Shown here: positions 30,801 to 39,900 of the stretch, piece after piece | How positions within the stretch are numbered: the first letter of the stretch is position 1 | Layout of the letters: every line of letters begins with the position of its first letter | DNA from: an uncultured Clostridium sp. | Lineage (GTDB): Bacteria > Bacillota > Clostridia > TANB77 > CAG-508 | Reading direction: 5' to 3' | NCBI GenBank assembly: GCA_946639585.1 | Contig: CAMPBS010000006.1 | Span: 181 to 64,180, forward strand | DNA: 64,000 nucleotides | Made by a program: the position numbers and the translations under genes | Notes under the pieces: model-generated | The model's database searches: none | What the model was told of the DNA's origin: nothing | Seen by the model: only the letters and a program-made list of their open reading frames with translations

Positions 30801-33800
30801 TTAAATAACTACCATTACTTAATTTCTTTATTGGAACAACACTGCCTTCGTTTGATGAAGTATTTTTAAATGCATCATATTCAGTATATGTACAATATTC
30901 TGGGTCTAAAAAATTATATCCAACATCATCTCCAGCAGCAGTGAATCTATATTTATGTGCTGGGTATCTGTTAACTTCACCATTGAATCTATCGTCATAA
31001 AATTGATTTCTCCAGTTCCTAATATCTGTATGAGTATTTAAATATTCTTCAACCAATTCTGGATCTTTAAAAGCATATTCTATATTATAATTAAATTCAT
31101 ATCCCCCATTTGGATTTGCGGGCTTATCATAATTAGTACATTCTGCTTTAAAAAGATTATCAAATGAGCCATCTTCATTTAAAGATCCAAAGCTTTTCCA
31201 ATCATCATCAATCCAAAAGAATTGTGGATACCAACCAAAAAGTAACTCTTTTACAGTTCCATAATAATTTGATAGCTCATGATCTTCAATATCACTTAAT
31301 TGATTTCTTAAATAATTCCAATTTCCATCATATTTATTATATAAATATAATGTTCCTCCACCATAACTTCTATTTGTATTATGTTCAAATGCAAAATCAA
31401 TGTCATCAATGTCATCTATCGTAAGCTCACGTCCTTTTGTGTATACAATTCTATTCTGATCCAAGAAAACATAAAAACGATTTGGGATTTGTAAATATTT
31501 ACCAGTTTTTATTGGTTTGGAACTATCAAATACATATATATTTTTTTCTATCCCCGCTTGATCTCCGAGATCAAATCTCCATCTATGTTTAACATCATTC
31601 CACAAGAAAAGTGTTTGAATTTCCACCGGAGCATTTATTCCTGGTATTTCTGATATTGCATTATCTGCATGGCTTAGAATATTCATATATCCTGCAGATA
31701 TCATAAACATTACTAATATAACACAAAATATTTTTATTTTCATATTTTTAAAAATGTTATGTTTTTGGTTTAATACAATTATTATTCCAATTATAATAAG
31801 TACAATAAGACTAATTATAATATCCAATCCCGTACTGATTGATAATATTATTTCAGAACCTGATATGTTGTTATTAGTGTTGATTTCCTCAATTTTTAGT
31901 TCGTTAGATATTCCTTCAATTATTACTTTATTTGTCAATGTACCTGTTGAATCTTCTGTCATTGTTCTTGTTGCTACCAATGTCAATTCAACACTATTTC
32001 CAGCTTCAATTATTTGATTTGCTAAACTTGTATTTATAAATGTTCCATCAATATTACTATTCCATAATGATGTTGATTCTGGTGCAACATTTAATCCTTT
32101 AGGTAAATAATCTACAACTCTTTCAACTTTTCCTGGTAATTCTCCATTATTTGTTACAATTATTTTATATTCTACTGTAACAACTGCCCCTTCTATTTCT
32201 TTGGCTCTTATTTCTGCTTTTGCTAAGTTAATTTTAGAGTATGGAGTTTCTGTTGTTCCACTTTTTGTTTTTACAGTTATTTTAGAAATATAATTTTCAA
32301 CTTTAAAGTCAAACTTTTTGTTTTCAATTAAACCTAAGTTTATATTTTCTATGTTTTTATTTAGAGTTATTTGTTCTGTTACACCAACTGTGTTTTTTTC
32401 TCCATTTATTACAACATTTTGTTTTGTTACATTTGAATTTGTTATTCTATATTGATTTGTGTTATATTTAAATACTACATTATATTCGCCAATATCTATA
32501 TCTGTAAAATTATATTTACCATTATTATCTGTTTTTGTTTCTTTTACAATTTCTCCGTTTCCATTTAATAAAAATGTTTGTATTTCAGATAATAGTTGTT
32601 CATCATCTTGTTTTTCTCCATCCTCATTTTTATCATTCCATACATAACCATTTAAACTATATTTATTAACTCCTGGTTGGTCTGGTTCTTCAGGTTGATC
32701 TGGCTCATCTGGTACATCCGGTTGATCTGGCTCATCTGGTTCGTCTGGTGTATCTGGTTCTGTTGGTTCTACATAGTTTGCAGGTATAATTGTATGTGTA
32801 ATTACATTTGATGTTTTAGATTCAAATGTAGCATTATATACATATTGTGTTTCATTATCTCCTAGTATAACTACATTTTCTGATACTGTTGCTCTATTTT
32901 CTATTTGTGTTTTTTCACTTACAGTTTTTGCTCTAGTTCTTACTTTAATTGTTATAGTTTCATTATATGGAATTTTTAAAGGTAGTTCGAATTTTGCAGA
33001 TGAATTTTCATCTCCTAATTCATCATTATAATATATAGGTTCTGTAATCTCTTCTTCGCCTGGTGTATATGTTTTTTCTTGTTCATTAACTTCAAAATAA
33101 TTGTATGTTATATCTATTGGTTCTAAATTATTTGGTAGAAAGTCTGAAATTTTAACATTTACACAAGAAAATCCTGTATTATAATTAACTTTTCCTATAT
33201 TTTTTACCTTTATTTCGTAGTCAATTTCATCATTAACATTAACCATTTCTCCAGCATTTGGAGATGTCATTGATATTGTAACTGCCTCATATTGTAATAG
33301 AATTCTATTTTCATTTGATTTATATTCTTTATTTCCATCATTTAACTCTGCAATAGCTTTAATTTCAATGCTTGATTTACCATCTTCTTTATCTATCTTA
33401 CTATTTATAACTTTTGTATATATGTTATAAATACCTGGTTTTGCATTAAACGAAATACTATTTTCATCATTATTGTTTTTTTCATATTCAACGCTCACTC
33501 CCGCAAAGCCCGAATTGTCTCTTACAGTTGTTACTTCCATACATTTAGGTAGTTTAACAATAACTGGCATCATGTTTTCGTCATCTTCTATATCACTTTC
33601 AACATATAATCTATAATGAAATTGATTTTTCAAATATATAGAAGATGAAAGAAATAAATTATAATTAGCTTTTTCAACTTGATGTGTTATTTCTTTTTCA
33701 TTTCTTAAACCATCTCCAACAAATGCTTTTATATTTGTTGTAATTTGTTTTTGTGTTTCTCCTTCAGCTAAATCATTTACTTTAACTTCAAAATAAGTTG

Positions 33801-35784
33801 TTGCATTTTTCCCTGCTTTTATTGTTCCAAGTTCTATTGGTTGTAATTGTTTTTCAAAATCATAGTAGCTTTCTACATATGGTTCGTTATCTTCTCTTAC
33901 TAATTCACCATAAGTTACACCATCAGGCAATGTTGCAACTATTTTTACATTGTCTATATCTTGTTCTGTAGTATTTGTTGCAGTAATTTCATATTTTATG
34001 AATTCTCCTTCATAAACTGTATCTCTTGTTACATCACCTATTACAGGATTTACAGAAATAGAAATACCTTGTGCTGTTGCTTCTACACTACGTGTTGGTC
34101 CAACAGATGTTAATCTTCTTGTCATTGTTTGCATTGTGTCATTTTGTGTCAAAGATTGGTTAAAGTTTTCTATTATTATTTTATTATTTATTACTTCTGT
34201 TTCAGTTTGTCCTGTATATTTATTGTCATTTTGATATGCAGATTTTAAGTTGAATTCTTTGCTTTCAATATTGTTTGAAAGTATTATTATTGCTGGTATT
34301 TTTATTATTGTTCCGTCTTCTAGAGCTGGAGATAAGTATTTTGTTTGTTCTCCCTCTAGTTCAACTTTAATTATTCTTTTTTCTTGGTTATATTCTGTAT
34401 TTTTTATTTTTAATCCATTAGCATTTGTTAATATTGTTTTTTCATTAAACAATACTTTTTCTGTTTCTTCTGGTAATCGTATTGCAATTACTGGATTTTT
34501 AAATAAATTGTATTTATTGCTATTGTTGTGTAAGCTTATTTTAAACTCTATTTCGTTTTGTTTTTCGTTTGTCCATGTTGTTTGACTTGGCTCTACTGTT
34601 ACTTCTGTTTTAGAGTCTTGTATTTCTATATCTGTTACTTCATCTTGGTTGTATGTTTCTTTTATTTTTGCTAGTTCAAAGTTCTTTTCTTGTGCTGTTA
34701 TTGCTTTTTCGTTTTGTATTGTTATATTTCCTGTTTTTGTTGCATTACTTAGTTCTAATGAGATTTTAGTTGTTCCTTCTAGGTAGTCTATTTTTATTGT
34801 TCCATCTTCATTGTTTTGAGTGTCTTTATTAATATCTGCTAATACATTTTCTTGATCATCTAATATTTTTAATGATCCTTCTTCTCCTAAAATGTCTAAT
34901 ATGTTTTGTTTTTCTAATTTGCTTGATTTAAATACTATATTTTCGCTTTCTATTTCTACATTCTCTTTGTTTACAAATTTTTGTGTTAAATCTATTGTTT
35001 GTGTACCTAAATTTTCTTTGCTTATGTTTATTTGCACATTTTCTTTGTATGTTGTTTCATAATCTGTTCCATTTATTGCATTTGATTTTATATATCCATT
35101 GTAAACTTTTGTGTTTTCTACTTTTGTTGATATTAGTTTTGAAACATTTTCTTTTACTGTTTGTTTGTTTTCAAAATCGTTTTGTATTCTTATTTTTTCT
35201 TCTGTGTTTAGCGCTTCTATTACTTTACCTGATACTCCTAAGTTTCTTTCTTTGTTTTCACTATTATAAGCATTTTCTCCATAATTTAGTATTATGCTAA
35301 AGCTATCTTTTGCATTTTGTTTGTAACCTTCGTATATTTTGCCTTCTTCGTTTTTGTTGTTTGAAGTTACTATTGCTATTTCTCCTGTCTCTTGTTTGTA
35401 TACAAATTTATAATCTTTTCCTTTATTTGAGCCATTTGTAAGGAGTGTTGATTTTGCAATTATATTTACACTTGTTGGGTATTCTTCTTCTATTTTTGGG
35501 GCATTGAATAAAATACCTGTTGCAGCTAATGGCACATAGTTTTCATTGTTTTTATATTCAATTCCAGCATCTACACCATATTGCACAAGTAGACCTTTTT
35601 CAGTTTCGTTTTCGTAGTTTATGTATTTTTCTAAAACTGCGTCTGCTGTTGCTACTATGTTTTCTGTGTTTATGCTTTTCTCACTTTCACCTGCTACTGA
35701 CACTAAGAATTTACTATTTGCTGATAGTACCATCAATAACAATAATAAAATTAATCCCCTTATTTTGTTTAGCTTGCTTTTCAT
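24811..35784 (-). CDS. 3657-aa cell-surface protein with SdrD-B/Cna-B-like domains, internal TM hairpin and C-terminal anchor
   Basis: N-terminal signal; (I/L)(S/T/N)GxVWxD/VFED domain starts; PDEPD linker; C-terminal VTPAQGEDKD + TM + KR. Confidence 0.88.
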   Translation of the reverse strand: MKSKLNKIRGLILLLLLMVLSANSKFLVSVAGESEKSINTENIVATADAVLEKYINYENETEKGLLVQYGVDAGIEYKNNENYVPLAATGILFNAPKIEEEYPTSVNIIAKSTLLTNGSNKGKDYKFVYKQETGEIAIVTSNNKNEEGKIYEGYKQNAKDSFSIILNYGENAYNSENKERNLGVSGKVIEALNTEEKIRIQNDFENKQTVKENVSKLISTKVENTKVYNGYIKSNAINGTDYETTYKENVQINISKENLGTQTIDLTQKFVNKENVEIESENIVFKSSKLEKQNILDILGEEGSLKILDDQENVLADINKDTQNNEDGTIKIDYLEGTTKISLELSNATKTGNITIQNEKAITAQEKNFELAKIKETYNQDEVTDIEIQDSKTEVTVEPSQTTWTNEKQNEIEFKISLHNNSNKYNLFKNPVIAIRLPEETEKVLFNEKTILTNANGLKIKNTEYNQEKRIIKVELEGEQTKYLSPALEDGTIIKIPAIIILSNNIESKEFNLKSAYQNDNKYTGQTETEVINNKIIIENFNQSLTQNDTMQTMTRRLTSVGPTRSVEATAQGISISVNPVIGDVTRDTVYEGEFIKYEITATNTTEQDIDNVKIVATLPDGVTYGELVREDNEPYVESYYDFEKQLQPIELGTIKAGKNATTYFEVKVNDLAEGETQKQITTNIKAFVGDGLRNEKEITHQVEKANYNLFLSSSIYLKNQFHYRLYVESDIEDDENMMPVIVKLPKCMEVTTVRDNSGFAGVSVEYEKNNNDENSISFNAKPGIYNIYTKVINSKIDKEDGKSSIEIKAIAELNDGNKEYKSNENRILLQYEAVTISMTSPNAGEMVNVNDEIDYEIKVKNIGKVNYNTGFSCVNVKISDFLPNNLEPIDITYNYFEVNEQEKTYTPGEEEITEPIYYNDELGDENSSAKFELPLKIPYNETITIKVRTRAKTVSEKTQIENRATVSENVVILGDNETQYVYNATFESKTSNVITHTIIPANYVEPTEPDTPDEPDEPDQPDVPDEPDQPEEPDQPGVNKYSLNGYVWNDKNEDGEKQDDEQLLSEIQTFLLNGNGEIVKETKTDNNGKYNFTDIDIGEYNVVFKYNTNQYRITNSNVTKQNVVINGEKNTVGVTEQITLNKNIENINLGLIENKKFDFKVENYISKITVKTKSGTTETPYSKINLAKAEIRAKEIEGAVVTVEYKIIVTNNGELPGKVERVVDYLPKGLNVAPESTSLWNSNIDGTFINTSLANQIIEAGNSVELTLVATRTMTEDSTGTLTNKVIIEGISNELKIEEINTNNNISGSEIILSISTGLDIIISLIVLIIIGIIIVLNQKHNIFKNMKIKIFCVILVMFMISAGYMNILSHADNAISEIPGINAPVEIQTLFLWNDVKHRWRFDLGDQAGIEKNIYVFDSSKPIKTGKYLQIPNRFYVFLDQNRIVYTKGRELTIDDIDDIDFAFEHNTNRSYGGGTLYLYNKYDGNWNYLRNQLSDIEDHELSNYYGTVKELLFGWYPQFFWIDDDWKSFGSLNEDGSFDNLFKAECTNYDKPANPNGGYEFNYNIEYAFKDPELVEEYLNTHTDIRNWRNQFYDDRFNGEVNRYPAHKYRFTAAGDDVGYNFLDPEYCTYTEYDAFKNTSSNEGSVVPIKKLSNGSYLMGPFNINSSVERVKKENGIITSRTTDNNFNISYTFEIKGTGKNSGTITKAYNSTGGELDLKNKQNATFYLKVTENDLKNYQYIYDVCVYEKLEYTKEEYYYFNGQKKYHRVDDYNTSQVLPDIYQVPADVSKTTYEYSPAPKKESIKKTYHFYHLQGNLSIHKEDELGVDENGNPLNLSGISFLVNKVGDGWVAKNSSGKIQYQDGYFDSSTAIILTTDSNGNTGEIVGLAPGQYAIYEIIDSHGDLARMGKSEMPIELRDLYKADPYTNTFGCTYALKKVAELDRYNSMYYSDINNTYGKFSPETIINTRDYVSLQIQKRDHYNGTFDNNYAGFKFKVCKQEANGTYKWVRKVNPNDEHSDVVYGSFNDATELTTKADGKTEIIRRLESGAKYWFVETALPTGVEDYYTLRPSGASYNGTTYKAKFFTPYNIDTTKKIKVLSKTTKEFTLLEPLTIYAKRPSGSSTTNVVQSTNGKYTWTGYNARDYFSIQIEKKNKDGDHLNDIKFAILAEDTNSTDSNKKGSWLTADANGIYRSVKTTYESMRASEGATNTAVFVTGENGKEGYTRLIKRIPLPVIGAAEKNYSIFEIDASGYEYLYNVGTFTYNGEVKTGKRIETIKVDDAFKENLSQEYKYHGYDVNNKKIYNTCLVTYTNNQWYGAVKFRKIDQLTRTPLKGVKIKIRCMSNQGMGWLKVEENTDGKYVVTDLHATYDEATALETDAEGYTPTVWKIPIWHSENVKMPYWAYETYIPEEYQDYFALNADYLEKSPTNTDADLKKYDTIAVYDASTAGINAINSSNGLNLKLSDCAKLLGKVEVEENIDKTDITKPVVTNETYKNEQTFIDISGNVWQDMPGGKDKINRDNQKMVGVTGENDKNINNITVRLMKRITDKKGTPHTIEMARVQTGDKKAGCNGDGNYKFSKVKIKDLENYYIEFDYCGITYEAVVPEYTSENAPLKINDKKTRNDVQHPDSKTSKATETTDRTDLNNAFKELTGEGQTITYKGNKNLHYIKKDGQVFLDNTYKPYLEQVDDDNPTVQFNSPKGKTYNYLVKASIDKFDDGDTEKSILKYYYDLMAYNQTPSVFDGYETNAVKLLKEIPNLNLGLYLREQPNLTLQKDIYKADISINDIKYTYMYNQKLKTLEAQQVSTAVDFDEDYRLPLYEADVYYGDIEKGSEDANGKELNATITYKIKLQNASTNLYTRVNSLYEYFSEGYTIKGIYITDNIQPDNNYFANSRNNLYNKGVTATKIPAIRAGSGKNYQAYKINLADKAQLKPLTSSDGTNTKFLYITFEIDKEALKNNYSTYVADGISDFENYSEIASYSVYEGGYTNRYAHVDSTSIPNTLANTLKSRAGYAADQKEDDEDRAPGLAVIEPSQRQITGYVFEDAPVKWEDKNGNNNRDSEEKLYDINNNGKIDPGEERIGDGIYNGPTGGNMGNDTPVSNVKVKLVDTNGKSAQFWDGTKWQTEKTFSSRSDGKFDMTGFIPGEYRVEFVWGENLGGKDVSRYKCTILSNPKITNKNTALYNDEIEYEDGYKWLEEEIQYSDAKDDYIRRLAIDMKTLNVGSDAYQGQDELYNTVSNFFNGKTGEDGSNYMHSKTPQFVVGVEKNGEKTGQTTDEDSKKLKDNSFNGFDFNIQKVDFGIIERPKRAMSVQKRIKSIKVTTPEGRPIIIATIGIDGKVNAIAGERFISGGYNLGYLYAQIDKDIEQAMKVETEYDITVSALSELDYDSLRYYLFGLAEEGKQLKLKATNLYDYSGGATITSDSAAEDNWQAATTGDKYLKVPDGDLEQETATEKLIMSIYEKVGNNKNEEEIVAALEEMNLFSNYEAFGNALSSKEARKCIAKIYKEFIQEWEKSKYKNNALSTKVIRAIKLENKEIVQCNPDNTLVKDPYNAGESRVGTIKTSKIIANGDEIKIDNDVEIASVAVDTDQKTGANADPTYAPLYDSAEYVTVTPAQGEDKDYIGKAIVGIGILTVLASGIILVKRFINK
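32673..32769 (-). repeat. Pro/Asp/Glu linker repeat (EPTEPDTPDEPDEPDQPDVPDEPDQPEEPDQP)
   Basis: 9-nt period tctggttc/tctggctca repeats. Confidence 0.8.
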
Positions 35785-36153
35785 TGCTTTCCTCCTTGGC
35801 TTTAAGAAAATGTTTTTTTCTAATATTTATTTATATATAATATATTATTTTTCTTAAAGTTAGGCAATGGCAAGGATTAGCAGTTTTTTCGATTATTACA
35901 ATATTTTCTTTGTAAACCCTTACGGAAGCTATTTTTACACTTTTTAGTCGCTTTTTGTTTAAATTTGTATTACTTTTTTATGACATAAATCATTGGTTAT
36001 TTTCTATAACCTTGATTTCCCTAGATTGTTTAATAATTTTGAAACAAAAAATGCAGTTATATTTTTCTATAATTTTGAAACAAATAAAGAGGCAGAAAAC
36101 TTAAAGTTTTCTGCCTCTTCTGACTGAAGACCTCAGTATACCACTAAAACAAG

Positions 36154-36690
36154 TTAGCCCCAATAAAGAATGAAATAATCATAAAATGTATCTTTATCAA
36201 TCTCATAATTATCTAAGCTTGTTTTATCACCTGCAACGTAATGAGAAGCTACATTTGTGGTACCAATTTCCATACCATTGTCGAGATATATAATCATATC
36301 ACCCTCAATTTCGTTACACTCAATATTGGTTATTGTAACCTCTTCTCCCACATTCTCAGCAATGAGCTTTTTTAGACATTCTTCAACAGGAAGCAGTTCG
36401 CTATTTTCAGGCATAGTTTCTACCGGAGTAGTTGCTATTTCATGCTTGGTTTCATCTGTTGGTGTAGTCTCAGGTTCAGAAGTTGTTATAGCCTCTGTGG
36501 TTGTAGTTGTTTTGGCCTCAGTCTGTGCCGCAGTGGTGGTAACCACTGCTTTTGTTGCAACGACTTCCTTAGGCTGAACAGCCCCGTCGTTGTCGCCTGT
36601 GCTTGCGCAAGCAGTGAAAACTGCCATTGCAAATGCTGTTGCCGCGATAGTCATCGCGAACCGTACTTTTCTCATCATGTTGTTTGTCAT
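36154..36690 (-). CDS. Predicted lipoprotein with Thr-rich linker
   Basis: AAGGAGG RBS before MTNNMMRKVRF; lipobox FTA-C; T/E-rich stretch; visibly higher GC than the flanks. Confidence 0.75.
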   Translation of the reverse strand: MTNNMMRKVRFAMTIAATAFAMAVFTACASTGDNDGAVQPKEVVATKAVVTTTAAQTEAKTTTTTEAITTSEPETTPTDETKHEIATTPVETMPENSELLPVEECLKKLIAENVGEEVTITNIECNEIEGDMIIYLDNGMEIGTTNVASHYVAGDKTSLDNYEIDKDTFYDYFILYWG

Positions 36691-36943
36691 AGTAGTAACC
36701 TCCTTTTGGGCCATTAGGCCTGGTTTAAAATTTATATTTGAGTCGCGTGTTATCCTAAAGGATTTCTACGTTTATCATACTTTAATTATACCACATTTTT
36801 CCAGAAAAGTCAACACTTTTCAGTACTTTTGTTCGTTATGTAAACCCTTTCTTGTTGCTATTTTTATACTTTCTTGGACATTGTACTTTTAATTGTATTT
36901 TTACTATATACTTTAATATGACTTATTAATAATAGAATATCAA

Positions 36944-36972
36944 AACCGCCTAGGCTTTATGCCTAGGCGGTT
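36944..36972 (-). terminator. Terminator after the 1583-aa gene
   Basis: aaccgcctaggc-tttat-gcctaggcggtt. Confidence 0.85.
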
Positions 36973-36987
36973 GGTTTATGTGTTATT

Positions 36988-39900
36988 TTATTTTAACACT
37001 TTTTTCTTTATGATTATTATTCCTACTCCAAGTACTGCTATTGCAGATACTGCTGTTATTATTATCCATGTGTAATCTCTATCTTCACCTGTTGCAGGTG
37101 TTACTGTTGTCCATGCAGCTCTTGTGTATGCTTTTGATGTGTATGCACTTGGTTTGCTTCCTGTTCTTGCAGCTGTTTCAAATGTGATGTTTGTTATTTC
37201 TGCATCGTTATCAAATCTTATGTCGTTACCATTTGCTAATTCTTTTGATAATTTAATTTCAGCTGTTTCGCTTTCACCCGGTGCCATTGCTCTTGTTAGT
37301 TTTGTTCCATTGTATTTTAGGATTTCTCTACCATCTAGTTTTACTTTTCTTATATCAGTTGTTCTTGTTGTTGCCATTTGTTCTAACCATTCTGTGTAAA
37401 TTTCTTTAGTTTCAGAATGTGAGCTTTCCCATGAATATGATTCATTTATAGTTCCATCTTCATTAACTTTTCTTGCGAATTGTTCTTTGAAGTTTTCTTC
37501 TGTTATTGTATCTCCTGTTGTTGTATCTATTCTGTAATCTCCAGGTTTTACTGTTTCCCATTCTGTTGTATTTTCTGATGATAATAATGCACCTTTACAA
37601 TAATCATAAATTGCTTCTGCTCTTAGGTTCATTGTGATTTGGTCACCATTTTTTACACCATATTTGTAGTAATCTTCATTATCATAGTCTATTTCGCTAA
37701 CATTGCTTACTGTAATGTTATAGCCCATTTCTGCATTCAATCCTTGTGTTATACTTTTATCTACTTGTACCCATAGATAATCTTTTCCACCTGTAACCCA
37801 TTTTTCTCCAGTTTTAACATCTAATGTTCCGTCTTCTTTTATTGATGCATTTACTATTTGTGCTCCATCATTAGTTGTTAAAAGTATTGATTTTAGGTTT
37901 TTGTTGATTTCCATTGCTTGTCTTGGTCTTTCTATTATACCGAAGTCTACATTTGATACATTATATGTGTATCCGTTTTCTCCTGGTGCTTCTGTATATT
38001 CTTCTTTTTCAATTCCTATTGCAAAGTCTGGTGTTTCAGAAATCATTTTGCTTAAATCGTCATATCCAGCTGTGTCTCTATTATATAAAGCTTTTTGATC
38101 TATTGCTACTCTTAAGTTGTAATCATCCATTGCATCTGAATATCTTGGATTTTCTTCTTTAATCCAGTTTGGATCATTTGCTCTATCTTTATTTACAAAG
38201 ATTGTTCCTTTGTAGTTTTCTACTTTATATTTGTCATTTCCCCATTTATATTGTACTTTGTATGTTCCAGCCATGAATCCTTTAAAGCTGAAGTTTCCGC
38301 TTGCATCTGTTGTTGTTGTACCTACAATTTTCCATTCGCTTCCATTATATTGTAATAGGCTTACTTCTACACCTGCAATTTTTGTTTCGTCATCTTCAAA
38401 TTTTCCATCACCAATTCTCTCTTTTCCAGCTCCAAATGATATTGCTCCATCTTCGAATACTGTTCCTGAGATTGTTCTTTCTGCAGCTTCTACTAAGTGT
38501 AATCCAGGTGCATTATCTGAATCGTCTTCATCTGTTTCGGCGAATCTATCTGCAATCATACTTCCTGGAATTGAGTTTGTATCTATTGCTGCATATAAGT
38601 TTTTGAATTCTTTGTCTGAATATGTTGTATATTCATTTATTTCAACAAAGTTTTCAAGATTAATATTTTTGTTGTAAATATTTGCAACTTCATTAACATT
38701 TAATTTAATGTATACATATTTTGTATTTCCTTCTTGGTCTGGTGTTAATTTGATTGGTTCTGCAAATTCTATTGGTGTTCTGTTATATTCTGAATTTTGA
38801 TCTGGATTTGTTGTTTTAGGTTCTCTCTTTAATTGTAGTCTATTATTATCATCAAATGTTTTTTCTGCTGGATCATTGCTTAAGTAAATCTCATATTTTT
38901 CATTTGAATCTTTTGCTATAGAATAATCTTTTGAATACCATTCATTTAAACCATTAACTGTTGTATAAAGGTTTGTTGAAGAATTTTGTAATTTAATTTT
39001 ATATGTTACAGTTGCATTTAGTGCATTTGCCCCCTCTGATTTTTCAGCATCTGCTCTGTATATTGGTAATCTATAGTCGTTATCGAAGTCTACTCCAGTT
39101 GTTGTCTCTATCGCATCATTTCCAACTATTTTTTGATTATACATATATGTGTATTTATATCCATTTACGCTTACTTCTGCATTATATACGTCTTTTTCTA
39201 AGCTTAGGTTTGGCATTTCTCTACGATAAACTCCTAAGTCGATGTGTGATATTTCTGTTACTACATCTTGTGTTTCTTTTAGTTTATCATAGTATGCTTG
39301 TAATAGGTTACCTAAAACAGTTGCATTTACTTCAAAGTCTGTTTTTCCTTCAACTTTTATTCCTGTATTTGTTTCTACTAGTTTTGAAGTATTTTCTAAT
39401 GTTACAATATCATTTGATTTATTGTATTTTAGTTCTACTCCATTACTTAATTTTTGACCTTTTCCTGTAACCTCTTTGAATTGATTATTAACATTTCCTC
39501 TTGTTGTTTCTGTTTCAAATGCTTTTGAAGTTGTTGTATTTATTGTTCCATCATCATTAAATTTCTTAACTTCATTTTTAGATGGTGCTGTACTTTGATA
39601 AATGAATCCATCATATTTAAATTTTACGTAATAACGATTTAAGTAATCTGCTTTTTCTGAATTGTCTGATTCTCTTATTCTTACTTTATCAAATGTGTAT
39701 TCACCTTTTGCATTTGTAAATGTGCTTATTTCTTGTTTTGTTATTCTATCAACAAGTGTTACTTCGATTCCTTCAATTAATTTATCGTCTTCAGAGTTAT
39801 ATTCGCCATCTCTTGATTGCTTGTTCTTTCCTTGTAATGTATCTTCAAATACTTTACCAGTTATTTTAATAAATACTTGTCTATTTTTTTCTTCGAATGG

